DNA of 64,000 bases from Dehalococcoidia bacterium (GTDB lineage Bacteria; Chloroflexota; Dehalococcoidia; Lucifugimonadales; Australimonadaceae). The notes below the pieces were generated by a model. It worked only from the letters and a program-made list of their open reading frames with translations. It did no database searches and was not told the origin of the DNA. Of this stretch, positions 20,051 through 28,893 are shown piece after piece. The stretch spans positions 73,244 to 137,243 of the forward strand of contig DAOUJX010000060.1 in assembly GCA_034422075.1 (NCBI GenBank). The letters are read 5' to 3'. Every line of letters begins with the position of its first letter. The stretch's first letter is position 1. The translations under genes were made by a program, and so were the position numbers.

Positions 20051-20812
20051 TCAGCGGGGCTGGTTCACCGAAAAGCAAGGGCGACATTGTGGCCTCCGAT
20101 AAGTCACCGCCCGAGGCTTGCCACACCGATGGCACTTCTTCTCTCGATAGTCCTGATTGGCATACTGGGCCCATTGCGGGTAGCAATTAAGGCATAGAGG
20201 CCGCTCAGGGTTCAGTTCGATTACTCCACCACAGCGAATACAGTGACCGGTGCCATTTGCGAGGGTATTGGCGGCGACAGCGGCTACTTCCTGGGTTAGT
20301 TTCCGAACTCCTTGCACAAGCTGATCTCGAGCCTTGGGCTTGGCTAGTACCCTGCCCCTGCCCAAGAGCCTAGTCTTCACGTAGTCCCGAACATGTTTCT
20401 GTTCGGGGATATCCAAATCAAAGGCGACCTCGTAGGAGTTCTTGGTGGAAAACTCGGTAAGGTTCATCGACCCCACCAACACACGGAACTCATTCAGGTA
20501 GGCCTTGGCGTGCAGGCCCTCCACAGCGACGACTTCGAAATCGTTATTCCGTAACCATCGTACTGCTTTGCCTCCTGTAATCTCGTTTTCATCCCGTGTT
20601 ATGACGCTGACAACGACTCCACGCTTAACGGCGTCTCGGAGTTCGTCCTGAAGGTGGCGCCACAAGTCCAGGTAAGGGGAGACTAGGGTGACTTGTTTTC
20701 GGGCATCGCGAACCAACTCGACAATCTGGTTGGCGATTTCTCCGTCTTGATGGAATCGGGGCATTTGGCGAAAACCATATCGTCGCCCTAGCGTGTTGAC
20801 AACGACAAGCAT
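20051..20812 (-). CDS. HKD (phospholipase-D family) nuclease-like domain fused to two C-terminal CxxC-x12-CxxC zinc ribbons
   Basis: HKD-like motif LHAKAYLNEFRVLVGSMNLT. C-terminal CIRC-x12-CLNC and CHRC-x12-CRPC. The likely true start is ATG 20764 (MPRFHQDG...), just downstream of the internal promoter. The maximal ORF starts at 20812. Confidence 0.7.
   Translation of the reverse strand: MLVVVNTLGRRYGFRQMPRFHQDGEIANQIVELVRDARKQVTLVSPYLDLWRHLQDELRDAVKRGVVVSVITRDENEITGGKAVRWLRNNDFEVVAVEGLHAKAYLNEFRVLVGSMNLTEFSTKNSYEVAFDLDIPEQKHVRDYVKTRLLGRGRVLAKPKARDQLVQGVRKLTQEVAAVAANTLANGTGHCIRCGGVIELNPERPLCLNCYPQWAQYANQDYREKKCHRCGKPRAVTYRRPQCRPCFSVNQPR
20774..20802 (-). promoter_or_regulatory. sigma70-like promoter of the HKD-nuclease gene
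   Basis: On the minus strand: TTGTCA (20802-20797), 17-nt spacer, TATGGT (20779-20774), then 9 nt to ATG 20764. This implies a leaderless or very short-leader mRNA. Confidence 0.5.
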
Positions 20813-20849
20813 CCGGCCACGCTCGGGCGCCCTGCCCCAATGAGAGCAC

Positions 20850-20893
20850 GGTGCGCAGCCTCAGCGGGCTGGGCCTGCCGGGGGTGTAGCGAG
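20850..20893 (+). repeat. direct repeat copy 2 (attR-like), a displaced duplicate of the ffh 3' end
   Basis: 43/44 identical to 19927-19970. It would encode ...LSGLGLPGV* if joined to ffh. Confidence 0.9.
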
Positions 20894-20924
20894 CGCAGCG
20901 CTACGTGGGCGGATGCCAAGAGTA

Positions 20925-20949
20925 GGGGCGGGCCGTAGCGGCCCGCCCC
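20925..20949. terminator. strong GC hairpin, a likely bidirectional terminator (native ffh terminator / Rieske oxygenase terminator)
   Basis: GGGGCGGGCCG-TAG-CGGCCCGCCCC (11-bp stem, 3-nt loop), followed by ACACTTTCG on the plus strand. Confidence 0.6.
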
Positions 20950-20975
20950 ACACTTTCGTCAAGAGATGCCGGCTC

Positions 20976-22340
20976 CTACCCGGCGGGGACGGTTTCGTCC
21001 TCGCGCTCAGAGGCAGGAGTGGACTTGGCTGCGCCATTCGACACGGCGCCGTTGGACTTCCCGCCCTGCAGCTTCCTGAAAAGTTCGGTGAGGGAGACCA
21101 TCGACATCGGCACCTCGTCCGCAGGCACGTTGTCGGGGTTGCGGAACCTGAAGGGCGCCTCGCGGCCGCCGAAGTGGCGCGTCACCACGAGCCGGCGCCA
21201 CTGCACGACCTCGGAGTCGGTGACGGACAGCGCCTCGGGCGCGCTGTAGCTCTGGTTGAGCATGACGCTGTTGTCCTGCATCGAGAAGTTCTGCTCGATG
21301 ATCCAGCGGTGGTAGGTGTAGTAGAGGAAGGTCTGCCACCAGCGCTGGATGCGGTTCTTGGGGTAGGTGCAGTGGTAGTAGAAGAGGCGCGTCTTGTTCT
21401 CCGCCACCGCCACGCACATGCGCGTGTAGAGGTCGTAGGCGAACTCGGTGCGGAACATGCCGGGCAGGTGGTGTCCGCCGCACCAGCGGGCGGTGCGCGG
21501 CGAGGGAACGTTGGCCTGCGCGCCCCTGACGTTCCACTTGAGCGCCCATGTCCAGAAGCGGCGCTTGCGGCTCTTGGGCCACTTAAAGCCCAGGCCGGGG
21601 TAGGTGTCTTGGATGGTGTTCTTATCGCCCCGCGCCATCATCCGAGAGGCCGTCACCTCGCCGCCGAAGCCGTTACCGACGAAGACGGGCGATTCGCCCT
21701 GGGCTCCGCGCGGCATGTACTCGCCCCGCAGCACGACCAGCGCGTTGCGGTGCAGGTAGTTGACGTGCGAGTCCATCGAGTTCTCCAGCGCAACCTCCCA
21801 GTTGCAGTCCCAGTAGGTGACACCGAAGGTGAGGAGCGCGTCCTTGTCGAAGAACTCCTCCGGCACGTCGTCCTCAATGGGGGCGGGCGCCTCGTTGCCG
21901 ACCCAGACGAACACCATTCCCTTAAGGGTCTGCGTCGGGTACTTGGTGGCTGCTGTGCCCGGCTTGCCGCAAATGGCGGCGTCGGGACCCTCCGACAGTA
22001 CAGCGACGTTGACGCCGTCGCCGTCAAACGTCCAGCCGTGGTAGGGGCAGGACACGTAGCCGGGCCAGTGGACGTCTCCCTCCGACAGCCGCGCACCGCG
22101 GTGCGGGCAGATGTCAGTTAGCGCGACGACCTCTCCCGCCTTGTCTCGGAAGACGACCAGATCGTCGCCGAGGAGCGAGATGCGGATGGCACGGCGCTTG
22201 GGGACGCGCTTGTCTTGGACGAGGGGGTACCAGTAGTTGCGCAGGCCCATCTTGGGGATGAGGTGCCGGATGTCTCCGCTGAGCGACGGCACCTTGCCGT
22301 TGGAGTCCTGCTCGGTGTCAGGTGTGGAGTTTACGACCAT
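20976..22340 (-). CDS. Rieske [2Fe-2S] non-heme-iron oxygenase, alpha-subunit-like
   Basis: CPHRGARL...CPYHGWTF Rieske motif. Mononuclear-iron motif NWEVALENSMDSHVNYLH. Start re-set to ATG 22340 (MVVNSTP), preceded by GGAGG. The tracked ORF extends to 22550. Confidence 0.8.
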   Translation of the reverse strand: MVVNSTPDTEQDSNGKVPSLSGDIRHLIPKMGLRNYWYPLVQDKRVPKRRAIRISLLGDDLVVFRDKAGEVVALTDICPHRGARLSEGDVHWPGYVSCPYHGWTFDGDGVNVAVLSEGPDAAICGKPGTAATKYPTQTLKGMVFVWVGNEAPAPIEDDVPEEFFDKDALLTFGVTYWDCNWEVALENSMDSHVNYLHRNALVVLRGEYMPRGAQGESPVFVGNGFGGEVTASRMMARGDKNTIQDTYPGLGFKWPKSRKRRFWTWALKWNVRGAQANVPSPRTARWCGGHHLPGMFRTEFAYDLYTRMCVAVAENKTRLFYYHCTYPKNRIQRWWQTFLYYTYHRWIIEQNFSMQDNSVMLNQSYSAPEALSVTDSEVVQWRRLVVTRHFGGREAPFRFRNPDNVPADEVPMSMVSLTELFRKLQGGKSNGAVSNGAAKSTPASEREDETVPAG

Positions 22341-22443
22341 AATGGCCTCCCGTACGAATGCTCTTCGTAAGTAACGGAGCATAGGGAAGCAGGAAGCGCG
22401 TGTCAAACCGCTGGTGCTACACTGATGATGTAGTCGAGGGAGG

Positions 22444-23709
22444 ATGATGAGCACGACAGACACGCGTAGCGCACTCGCCACACTAGACCCGCAGCTCGCC
22501 GACGCCATCGACCGAGAGGTCGAGCGGCAGCGGCGCAACATCGTCCTCATTGCCTCCGAAAACTACGTCAGCCGCGCCATTCTCGAGGCGCAGGGCTCCG
22601 CGCTGACCAACAAGTACGCCGAGGGCTATCCGGGCCGCCGCTACTACGGTGGCTGCGAGTACGTGGATGTAGCGGAGCAACTGGCTATCGACCGCGCGTG
22701 CGATCTCTTCGGCGCGGAGCATGCGAACGTTCAACCGCACGCCGGGGCCCCGGCCAACATGGCCGCCTACGCCGCCCTGCTGGAGCCGGGCGACACCGTT
22801 ATGGGCCTCCAGCTCGACCAGGGCGGCCACCTCACCCACGGCAGCCCCGTCAACTTCTCCAGCAAGATCTACCGCTTCGTCTCCTACGCGCTCGACCCCG
22901 AGACGGAGCAGCTGGACTACGACGTCATCGTGCGCGCAGCGCGAGAGCACCGTCCCAAGGTCATCGTCGCGGGCTATACCGCCTACTCGCGCACAATCGA
23001 CTTCGCTCGGTTCGGCCAGATAGCCGAGGACGTAGGCGCGGTGTTAATGGTGGACATGGCGCACATAGCTGGACTCATCGCGGGGGGCGCACACCCCTCG
23101 CCCGTGCCGTACGCCGGCGTCGTCACATCGACCACGCACAAGACGCTGCGCGGGCCGCGCGGAGCGCTCATCCTGAGCCAAGAGGCGTATCGCCGCAACA
23201 TCGACAGGGCCGTCTTCCCCTATGGACAGGGGGGGCCGCTGATGCACACCATTGCCGCCAAGGCCGTCTGTTTCGCCGAAGCGAGCACGCCGTCCTTCTC
23301 CGACTACGCCCATCAGGTGGTGCGCAACGCCAAGGCGATGGCGGAGGAGCTGGAGGCGGGAGGCTTGCGCATCGTCTCAGGCGGGACGGACAACCACCTG
23401 ATGCTGGTCGACCTGCGCCCGCTGGAGACGACGGGCCAGGAGGCCGAGGAGGCGTTGGGGCGCGTGAACATCACGGTGAACAAGAACGCCATCCCCAACG
23501 ACCCGCAGCCGCCGCGCGTCACCAGTGGCCTGCGCCTAGGCTCGCCCGCCATAACGAGCCGGGGCTTCGGCATGGAGGAATCGAAGCGGGTAGCGGCGCT
23601 GATCGTGCGAGCGCTCAACTATCGCGGCGATGAGCGCGTGGAAGCGGAGGTGCGCGACGCAGTCGCCGAACTGACTTCGCAGCACCCCGTCCCGGGCCTC
23701 GACTACTAG
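22444..23709 (+). CDS. glyA: serine hydroxymethyltransferase
   Basis: [18 protein letters not shown] (PLP lysine). 421 aa. Confidence 0.95.
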   Translation: MMSTTDTRSALATLDPQLADAIDREVERQRRNIVLIASENYVSRAILEAQGSALTNKYAEGYPGRRYYGGCEYVDVAEQLAIDRACDLFGAEHANVQPHAGAPANMAAYAALLEPGDTVMGLQLDQGGHLTHGSPVNFSSKIYRFVSYALDPETEQLDYDVIVRAAREHRPKVIVAGYTAYSRTIDFARFGQIAEDVGAVLMVDMAHIAGLIAGGAHPSPVPYAGVVTSTTHKTLRGPRGALILSQEAYRRNIDRAVFPYGQGGPLMHTIAAKAVCFAEASTPSFSDYAHQVVRNAKAMAEELEAGGLRIVSGGTDNHLMLVDLRPLETTGQEAEEALGRVNITVNKNAIPNDPQPPRVTSGLRLGSPAITSRGFGMEESKRVAALIVRALNYRGDERVEAEVRDAVAELTSQHPVPGLDY

Positions 23710-23725
23710 GGGCGCGCCCCGTCTC

Positions 23726-24583
23726 CTACGTCTGGAAGAACTCGAGGCAGACCCGGTCGAATTCCTCGCGGTACTCGACCTGCGCCCAGTGGCCACACTT
23801 GGAGATGACGTAGAGGCGAGCGTTCTGGAAGCGCTTGAGCATCAGCAGGCCCACCTCCAGCGCACCGCCCTTGTCCTCCTGCCCCCAGACAAGAAGCGTG
23901 GGAGCGGCATTCTGCTCGAGGAAGGGGTAGTAGTCGATGCGGTGCTGCTTGGCGCGGCGCGCAGCTTGCTCCAATGCCACAGGGTCTGTGGCGGCGTCGA
24001 ACCGCTCCTGGATGACGTCAGGGGTGAGTAGGCTGGAGTCGTAGACGAGGCTCTTTGCCAGGCGCTCCATCTTCTCGATGGTCGGGCCCTCTCCCTGGTA
24101 GAACTTGACGATGTTGTCCAGCGCCTCCTGAGGCGTGGGCTGGAAGAAGACGACGTTCGTGGGCTGAGAGCCGATCATGACCAGATGCTTGATGCGGTGG
24201 GGGTAGTGGACGGCAAGGCCGAGGCCGGCTTGCCCGCCCATGGAGTTGCCAATGATGTCGGCGCTCTCGATGCCGAGCGCCTCCATGAAGTCGTTGATAA
24301 CCTTGCCAATCCAGCCGATCCATTCGTGCTCGAGGGCTTCGTCCGGGTACTCGGAGCGCCCCCAGCCAGGCATGTCGAACATGATCATGCGGTTGTTGAG
24401 GGCGAGGTCCTGGATGTTGCCCTTGAAGTTGCTCCACGCGGTTGCGCCGGGGCCGCCGCCGTGAATGCAGATGATGGGATCGCCGGTGCCTACCTCGTTG
24501 TAGTGGATGCGGATGCCGCCGGCGACAACCTCCTTGCTGGTTGATTCGTCCGTGACTGCCTGAAGCTCCTGAACGGTAGCCAT
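23726..24583 (-). CDS. alpha/beta hydrolase (meta-cleavage-product hydrolase-like)
   Basis: HGGGPG oxyanion region, GNSMGG nucleophile elbow, C-terminal CGHWAQ. Confidence 0.8.
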   Translation of the reverse strand: MATVQELQAVTDESTSKEVVAGGIRIHYNEVGTGDPIICIHGGGPGATAWSNFKGNIQDLALNNRMIMFDMPGWGRSEYPDEALEHEWIGWIGKVINDFMEALGIESADIIGNSMGGQAGLGLAVHYPHRIKHLVMIGSQPTNVVFFQPTPQEALDNIVKFYQGEGPTIEKMERLAKSLVYDSSLLTPDVIQERFDAATDPVALEQAARRAKQHRIDYYPFLEQNAAPTLLVWGQEDKGGALEVGLLMLKRFQNARLYVISKCGHWAQVEYREEFDRVCLEFFQT

Positions 24584-24739
24584 TTGGTCGCCTCCTCCGA
24601 TAGAGCGTTGCGTCGCGCAGGATAGGCGCGGGTGCGCACGTGGTCAATCGGGGGTAAGTGCCCCGCCGGATTTTGCGGCGCGCGTCGGATTTGCGGTAAC
24701 CTAGAAGCAGCGGCGCGATGAGCGTCCCTGCGTGGAACG

Positions 24740-26596
24740 ATGGAAAACAACCGGCGTATCGGCAACACCTTCATCTACCTCATCATCGGCGTGGCAGTCA
24801 TCGCCATCCTGTTCACGCTGTTCACCTCCGGCGACAACGCGCAAGAGGTCAGCCTCACGCAGGTGCTGAGCATGGCCAAGAACCGCCAGATTGACCGCAT
24901 CACGGTCGACGGCGACCGCCTCCTCATCACGCAGGCCAACGCGCCCAATCAGCCGCTCGTCGCCACCAAGGAGCCCGGCACCAGCGTCTTTGCGCTGTTA
25001 GAGGCAGAGGGCATAAAGCCGGCCGAGTTGGGCATCCAGGTCGACGTAAAGAAGTCGAGCGGTCTCGGCAACTTCTTCGGCATCCTCATCCAGTTCCTGC
25101 CGCTCATCTTCTTCGGCGCCATCTTGCTGTTCATGATGCGTCAGGCGCAGGGGACGAACAATCAGGCGATGGGCTTCGGGCGCAGCCGCGCGCGGTTGCT
25201 CACCGCCAACCGGCCTACCGTCAACTTCGCTGACGTGGCTGGCGTCGAGGAGTCGAAGGCGGAGCTAGAGGAGATTGTCGAGTTCCTGAAGTTCCCCGAG
25301 CGCTTCCTGGCCCTGGGCGCGCACATCCCCAAGGGCGTGCTGATGGTCGGCCCGCCCGGCACGGGCAAGACGCTGCTCAGCCGCGCCGTCGCGGGGGAGG
25401 CAGGCGTGCCCTTCTTCTCCATCTCCGGCTCCGAGTTCGTCGAGATGTTCGTGGGCGTGGGCGCATCGAGGGTGCGCGACCTGTTCGACCAAGCCAAGCG
25501 CAACGCCCCAGCCATCGTGTTCGTCGACGAGATCGACGCCGTGGGACGGCACCGGGGCGCGGGGCTCGGCGGCGGCCACGACGAGCGCGAGCAGACGCTC
25601 AACCAGATCCTCGTCGAGATGGACGGCTTCGACACGGGGACGAACGTCATCGTCATCGCGGCAACCAACCGCCCCGATATCCTCGACCCCGCTTTGCTGC
25701 GCCCCGGCCGCTTCGACCGGCGCGTGGTGCTCGACCTGCCCGACATTCACGGCAGGGTCGCGATTCTGAACGTCCACGCGAAGGGCAAGCCCCTTGGCGC
25801 GGACTTCGACGTAGAGGCGATTGCGCGCGCAACGCCCGGATTCAGCGGCGCCGATCTCGAGAACCTGGTGAACGAGGCGGCGATACTGGCAGCGCGACGC
25901 TCCAAGAAGGCCATCGAATACGATGAGTTCGCCGAGGCGGTCGACCGCGTCATCATGGGCCCCGAGCGGCGCTCGCGCGTCATCTCGCACAAGGAGAAGG
26001 AGATCGTCGCCTACCACGAGGGCGGCCACGCGCTCGTCGGCCACGTACTTCCATACGCCGACCCCGTGCAGAAGATCACCATCGTCTCGCGCGGCATGGC
26101 GGCGGGCTACACGCGCTCCGTGCCGGAAGAGGACCGCATCTTCCTTTCGCGCGCGCAGTTCATGGACCGCATGGCGATGGCCCTGGGCGGACGCGTGGCT
26201 GAGGAGTTGGCGTTCGGCGAGGTGACCACCGGTGCAGGCAACGACCAGGAGCAGGTGACGCAGATGGCGCGCGCAATGGTCACGCGCTACGGCATGAGCA
26301 GCAAGCTCGGCCCGCGCACCTTCGGCAAGAAGGAGGAGCTGGTCTTCCTAGGCCGAGAGATTTCGGAGCAGCGCGACTACTCCGAGCGCGTGGCGCAAGA
26401 GATCGACGACGAAGTACAGGGGATAATCCTGCAGGCGTACACTCACGCGAGACAGGTGCTCTCAGACCACTACGCCAAGCTTGTGCAGATCGCGCGCTAC
26501 CTGATGAAGAACGAGACGGTGGAGGGCGATTCGCTGCGTGAGCTGTTCAACTCGGAGGCGCCTCCCGTCGAGGGCGCGCCCGTGGCCGCCGGCTAA
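24740..26596 (+). CDS. ftsH: ATP-dependent zinc metalloprotease FtsH
   Basis: N-terminal TM helix, AAA+ [15 protein letters not shown], and zinc motif HEGGHAL. Confidence 0.95.
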   Translation: MENNRRIGNTFIYLIIGVAVIAILFTLFTSGDNAQEVSLTQVLSMAKNRQIDRITVDGDRLLITQANAPNQPLVATKEPGTSVFALLEAEGIKPAELGIQVDVKKSSGLGNFFGILIQFLPLIFFGAILLFMMRQAQGTNNQAMGFGRSRARLLTANRPTVNFADVAGVEESKAELEEIVEFLKFPERFLALGAHIPKGVLMVGPPGTGKTLLSRAVAGEAGVPFFSISGSEFVEMFVGVGASRVRDLFDQAKRNAPAIVFVDEIDAVGRHRGAGLGGGHDEREQTLNQILVEMDGFDTGTNVIVIAATNRPDILDPALLRPGRFDRRVVLDLPDIHGRVAILNVHAKGKPLGADFDVEAIARATPGFSGADLENLVNEAAILAARRSKKAIEYDEFAEAVDRVIMGPERRSRVISHKEKEIVAYHEGGHALVGHVLPYADPVQKITIVSRGMAAGYTRSVPEEDRIFLSRAQFMDRMAMALGGRVAEELAFGEVTTGAGNDQEQVTQMARAMVTRYGMSSKLGPRTFGKKEELVFLGREISEQRDYSERVAQEIDDEVQGIILQAYTHARQVLSDHYAKLVQIARYLMKNETVEGDSLRELFNSEAPPVEGAPVAAG

Positions 26597-26602
26597 CGGA
26601 GC

Positions 26603-26890
26603 CTACGAGCCGCCTGCGCCACCGTTGGCCGACTCACCCTCGTCCCCCTCGTCGAGCGGGAGTTCGCGGTAATAGATGCCCCACTTCTGCATCATGGCGG
26701 CGATCCGCGGGTCGTCTAGCGACGTGACCTCGCGCAGGAAGCCGGCGAGCGCATGCGCGTGCAGCTGTTCCGGCGCCGCGACCCAGGAGCCTTCGCTGGG
26801 GACGGCATAGAGCAGGCCCGCCTGGTTCTGCGAACGAATCTCGACGCGCGTCCCTCCCGAATCGTGCGTCACCGTGATGCCGTAGGCCAT
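26603..26890 (-). CDS. hypothetical protein (95 aa, acidic/Gly-rich tail)
   Basis: ORF fills the gap between ftsH and the JAMM gene. No family recognised. Coding status rests only on ORF and context. Confidence 0.4.
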   Translation of the reverse strand: MAYGITVTHDSGGTRVEIRSQNQAGLLYAVPSEGSWVAAPEQLHAHALAGFLREVTSLDDPRIAAMMQKWGIYYRELPLDEGDEGESANGGAGGS

Positions 26891-26998
26891 CGCCCACCTC
26901 CGTCAAGCGTGCACACGCATTATACGTGGGCCGAGCGCGCGGTCGCCGGTGCATCGCAGCCGTGCGTTGCGCCTTTGGTAGACTACGTGCGCTTCCCC

Positions 26999-27424
26999 AT
27001 GACAGCCAGCGACGGAGCCCCCACGTTGAACCTACCCCGGAGCTACGCCGAGGCGATCATCCAGCACGCGCGCGAGGATTACCCGAACGAGTGCTGCGGC
27101 ATCCTCGCCTATGACGGCGACGAGGCCGTGAGGCACTACCGCATCACTAACGTCGAGCAGAGCCCCTACCGCTACAGCATGGACGGCAAGGAGCTGTTTG
27201 GCGTGTACCGAGAGATCGAGGACAACGGGTGGGAGTTGAAGGTCATCTACCACTCCCATACACACTCCGCCGCCTATCCCTCGGCGACGGACGTGAGGCT
27301 GGCCACGTGGCCAGACGCCTACTACATGCTGGTCTCGCTGATGGACCAGGATGCTCCCGACATCCGCAACTTCAGCATCGTCGACGGCGAGATCGAGGAA
27401 GTAGCGCTGACGATCAAGGACTAG
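26999..27424 (+). CDS. JAMM/MPN+ (Mov34) metalloprotease, Mec+-like
   Basis: ECCGIL (Glu motif) and HSHTHSAAYPSATD (HxHx7Sx2D). Start re-set to ATG 26999. The tracked ORF starts at 26753, antisense to the neighbouring gene. Confidence 0.8.
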   Translation: MTASDGAPTLNLPRSYAEAIIQHAREDYPNECCGILAYDGDEAVRHYRITNVEQSPYRYSMDGKELFGVYREIEDNGWELKVIYHSHTHSAAYPSATDVRLATWPDAYYMLVSLMDQDAPDIRNFSIVDGEIEEVALTIKD

Positions 27425-27430
27425 CGGCGC

Positions 27431-28798
27431 TTAGGCTGCGCCATAGAGGGCGAGCTGGCGGCGCTCCAGGCGCTCCTTTCCAACGTGATTGCGTATGGCC
27501 TCGAAGAGGTCGATGTCCCACTCGCCCAGGAAGGTGATGGCGGTGCCGGGACGACCCATGCGCGCCGTTCGTCCGATGCGGTGGATGTACTCCTCCACCG
27601 ACTCGGGGATGTCGTAGTTGACCACGTTCTCCACCGTCGGCACGTCGATGCCACGCGAGGTGAGGTTGGTGGAGACGAGCAGCTTGGCCTCGCCGCGGCG
27701 GAAGCGCTCCATGACCGCGTTGCGCTCGCTCTGGCGCATGCCGCCGTGGATGCCCTCGACCGAGTGCCCCTTGCGGCGCACGATGCGAACCGCGCGGTCG
27801 ACATCCCCTTGCGTCCGGCAAAAGACGAGCGTCTGCTCGCCCGGGTGCTCGCGCAGCACTTCATCCAGCGCCTCAGGCTTGTCGCGGCCCGCGACCTCGT
27901 AGTAGACCTGCTCGACCTCCTCGACGGGCCGCGACTCCTCGCCTACCTGGTACCACTGCGGCTCCCGCAGGTAGGAGTAGATGAGGCGGCGTATCTGCGT
28001 GGGTACCGTTGCGGTAAAGAGCGCGGTCTGCCGCGAGCGCGGCGTCGCACGCAGGATGCGTCGGATGTCGGGGAAGAAGCCTATGTCCAGCATCTGGTCG
28101 GCCTCGTCCAGCACGGCGATGCGCACCTTGTCGAGGCGCAGCGTGCCGCGCTCGAGGTGGTCGATGATGCGCCCCGGGGTGCCGACGACGATCTGCGCGC
28201 CCCCGGCCAGTTGCTCTATCTGGCGCTTGATGGGCGCGCCGCCGAAGACCGTTGCGATGCCGAGCGCGCGGTGCTTGGCGATGCGCCCCAACTCACTACT
28301 CACCTGCTGCGCCAGCTCACGCGTCGGCACGAGGACGACGGCCTGGACGTGCGGCTCCCGATCATCCGTCACCTCGGCGATGGGGATGCCGAATCCCGCC
28401 GTCTTGCCGGTGCCCGTCTGCGCCTGACCGACAATGTCTGTGCCCGAAAGCATCGGCTCGATGACGATGTCCTGTATGGGGGTGGGCTGCACGTAGCCGA
28501 TGTCGCGAAGCGCTCGCGCAAGCGGCGGCGATACGGCGATGGCGCCAAAGCGCTCAGTGCGCGGCTGCGGCCCCGTGATCGATGGCGTAGCGCGACGGTG
28601 GGCGGGGCGTTGCGGCACGGCCTGCTGCGCGTGAGGTTTGCTGCGCCCACGTCCTCCGCGCCGACGGCGACGGCGCGACGGGTCATCCGCCGTCGCTACT
28701 GGCGTTTCGTCGGTAGGTCGCTGGGCTTGAGGAGCGTCCGGCTCGCGCCGGTCTTCAGGCTTGGCGAGGATCTTGCGTACGATGCTTCCGAGCATCAA
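27431..28798 (-). CDS. DEAD-box ATP-dependent RNA helicase (basic N-terminal extension)
   Basis: Q-motif region, AQTGTGKT, VLDEAD, SAT-type FTAT, HRIGRTARMG. Confidence 0.9.
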   Translation of the reverse strand: MMLGSIVRKILAKPEDRREPDAPQAQRPTDETPVATADDPSRRRRRRGGRGRSKPHAQQAVPQRPAHRRATPSITGPQPRTERFGAIAVSPPLARALRDIGYVQPTPIQDIVIEPMLSGTDIVGQAQTGTGKTAGFGIPIAEVTDDREPHVQAVVLVPTRELAQQVSSELGRIAKHRALGIATVFGGAPIKRQIEQLAGGAQIVVGTPGRIIDHLERGTLRLDKVRIAVLDEADQMLDIGFFPDIRRILRATPRSRQTALFTATVPTQIRRLIYSYLREPQWYQVGEESRPVEEVEQVYYEVAGRDKPEALDEVLREHPGEQTLVFCRTQGDVDRAVRIVRRKGHSVEGIHGGMRQSERNAVMERFRRGEAKLLVSTNLTSRGIDVPTVENVVNYDIPESVEEYIHRIGRTARMGRPGTAITFLGEWDIDLFEAIRNHVGKERLERRQLALYGAA

Positions 28799-28893
28799 GG
28801 ACTATTGTAGCACGGGCGCCAACAGCCCATCCTGCCCCAGAATGCGGAACGCGCCTGCGCGGGTTATCCTGCGCGCGGAGTGGACGGCTGAGG

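Larger units (their letters stand above)
19927..20893. mobile_element. small integrated islet in the 3' end of ffh (no recombinase gene inside)
   Basis: 44-bp direct repeats flank 879 bp that is visibly more A/T-rich than either flank. One cargo gene with its own promoter. The native-looking ffh terminator hairpin follows repeat copy 2, not copy 1. Confidence 0.6.

Noticed and set aside
20913-22121. 402-aa plus-strand ORF starting just right of the islet
   Set aside because: It is antisense to the Rieske oxygenase, which has both the Rieske and the mononuclear-iron motifs. It has no motifs of its own and begins inside the terminator hairpin region.
27485-28810. 441-aa plus-strand ORF across the DEAD-box helicase locus, and a similar 391-aa minus ORF at 13637..14812 opposite cimA
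   Set aside because: Same reasoning. The opposite strand carries complete helicase / citramalate-synthase motif sets.
28799-28893. Looked for ZTP (pfl) or THF riboswitch upstream of fhs, and likewise upstream of glyA at 22341-22443
   Set aside because: The conserved ZTP elements (…ACTGGCG… and …CCGCCTGGGC…) and THF-like cores are not present. The regions look like ordinary promoter/RBS sequence.
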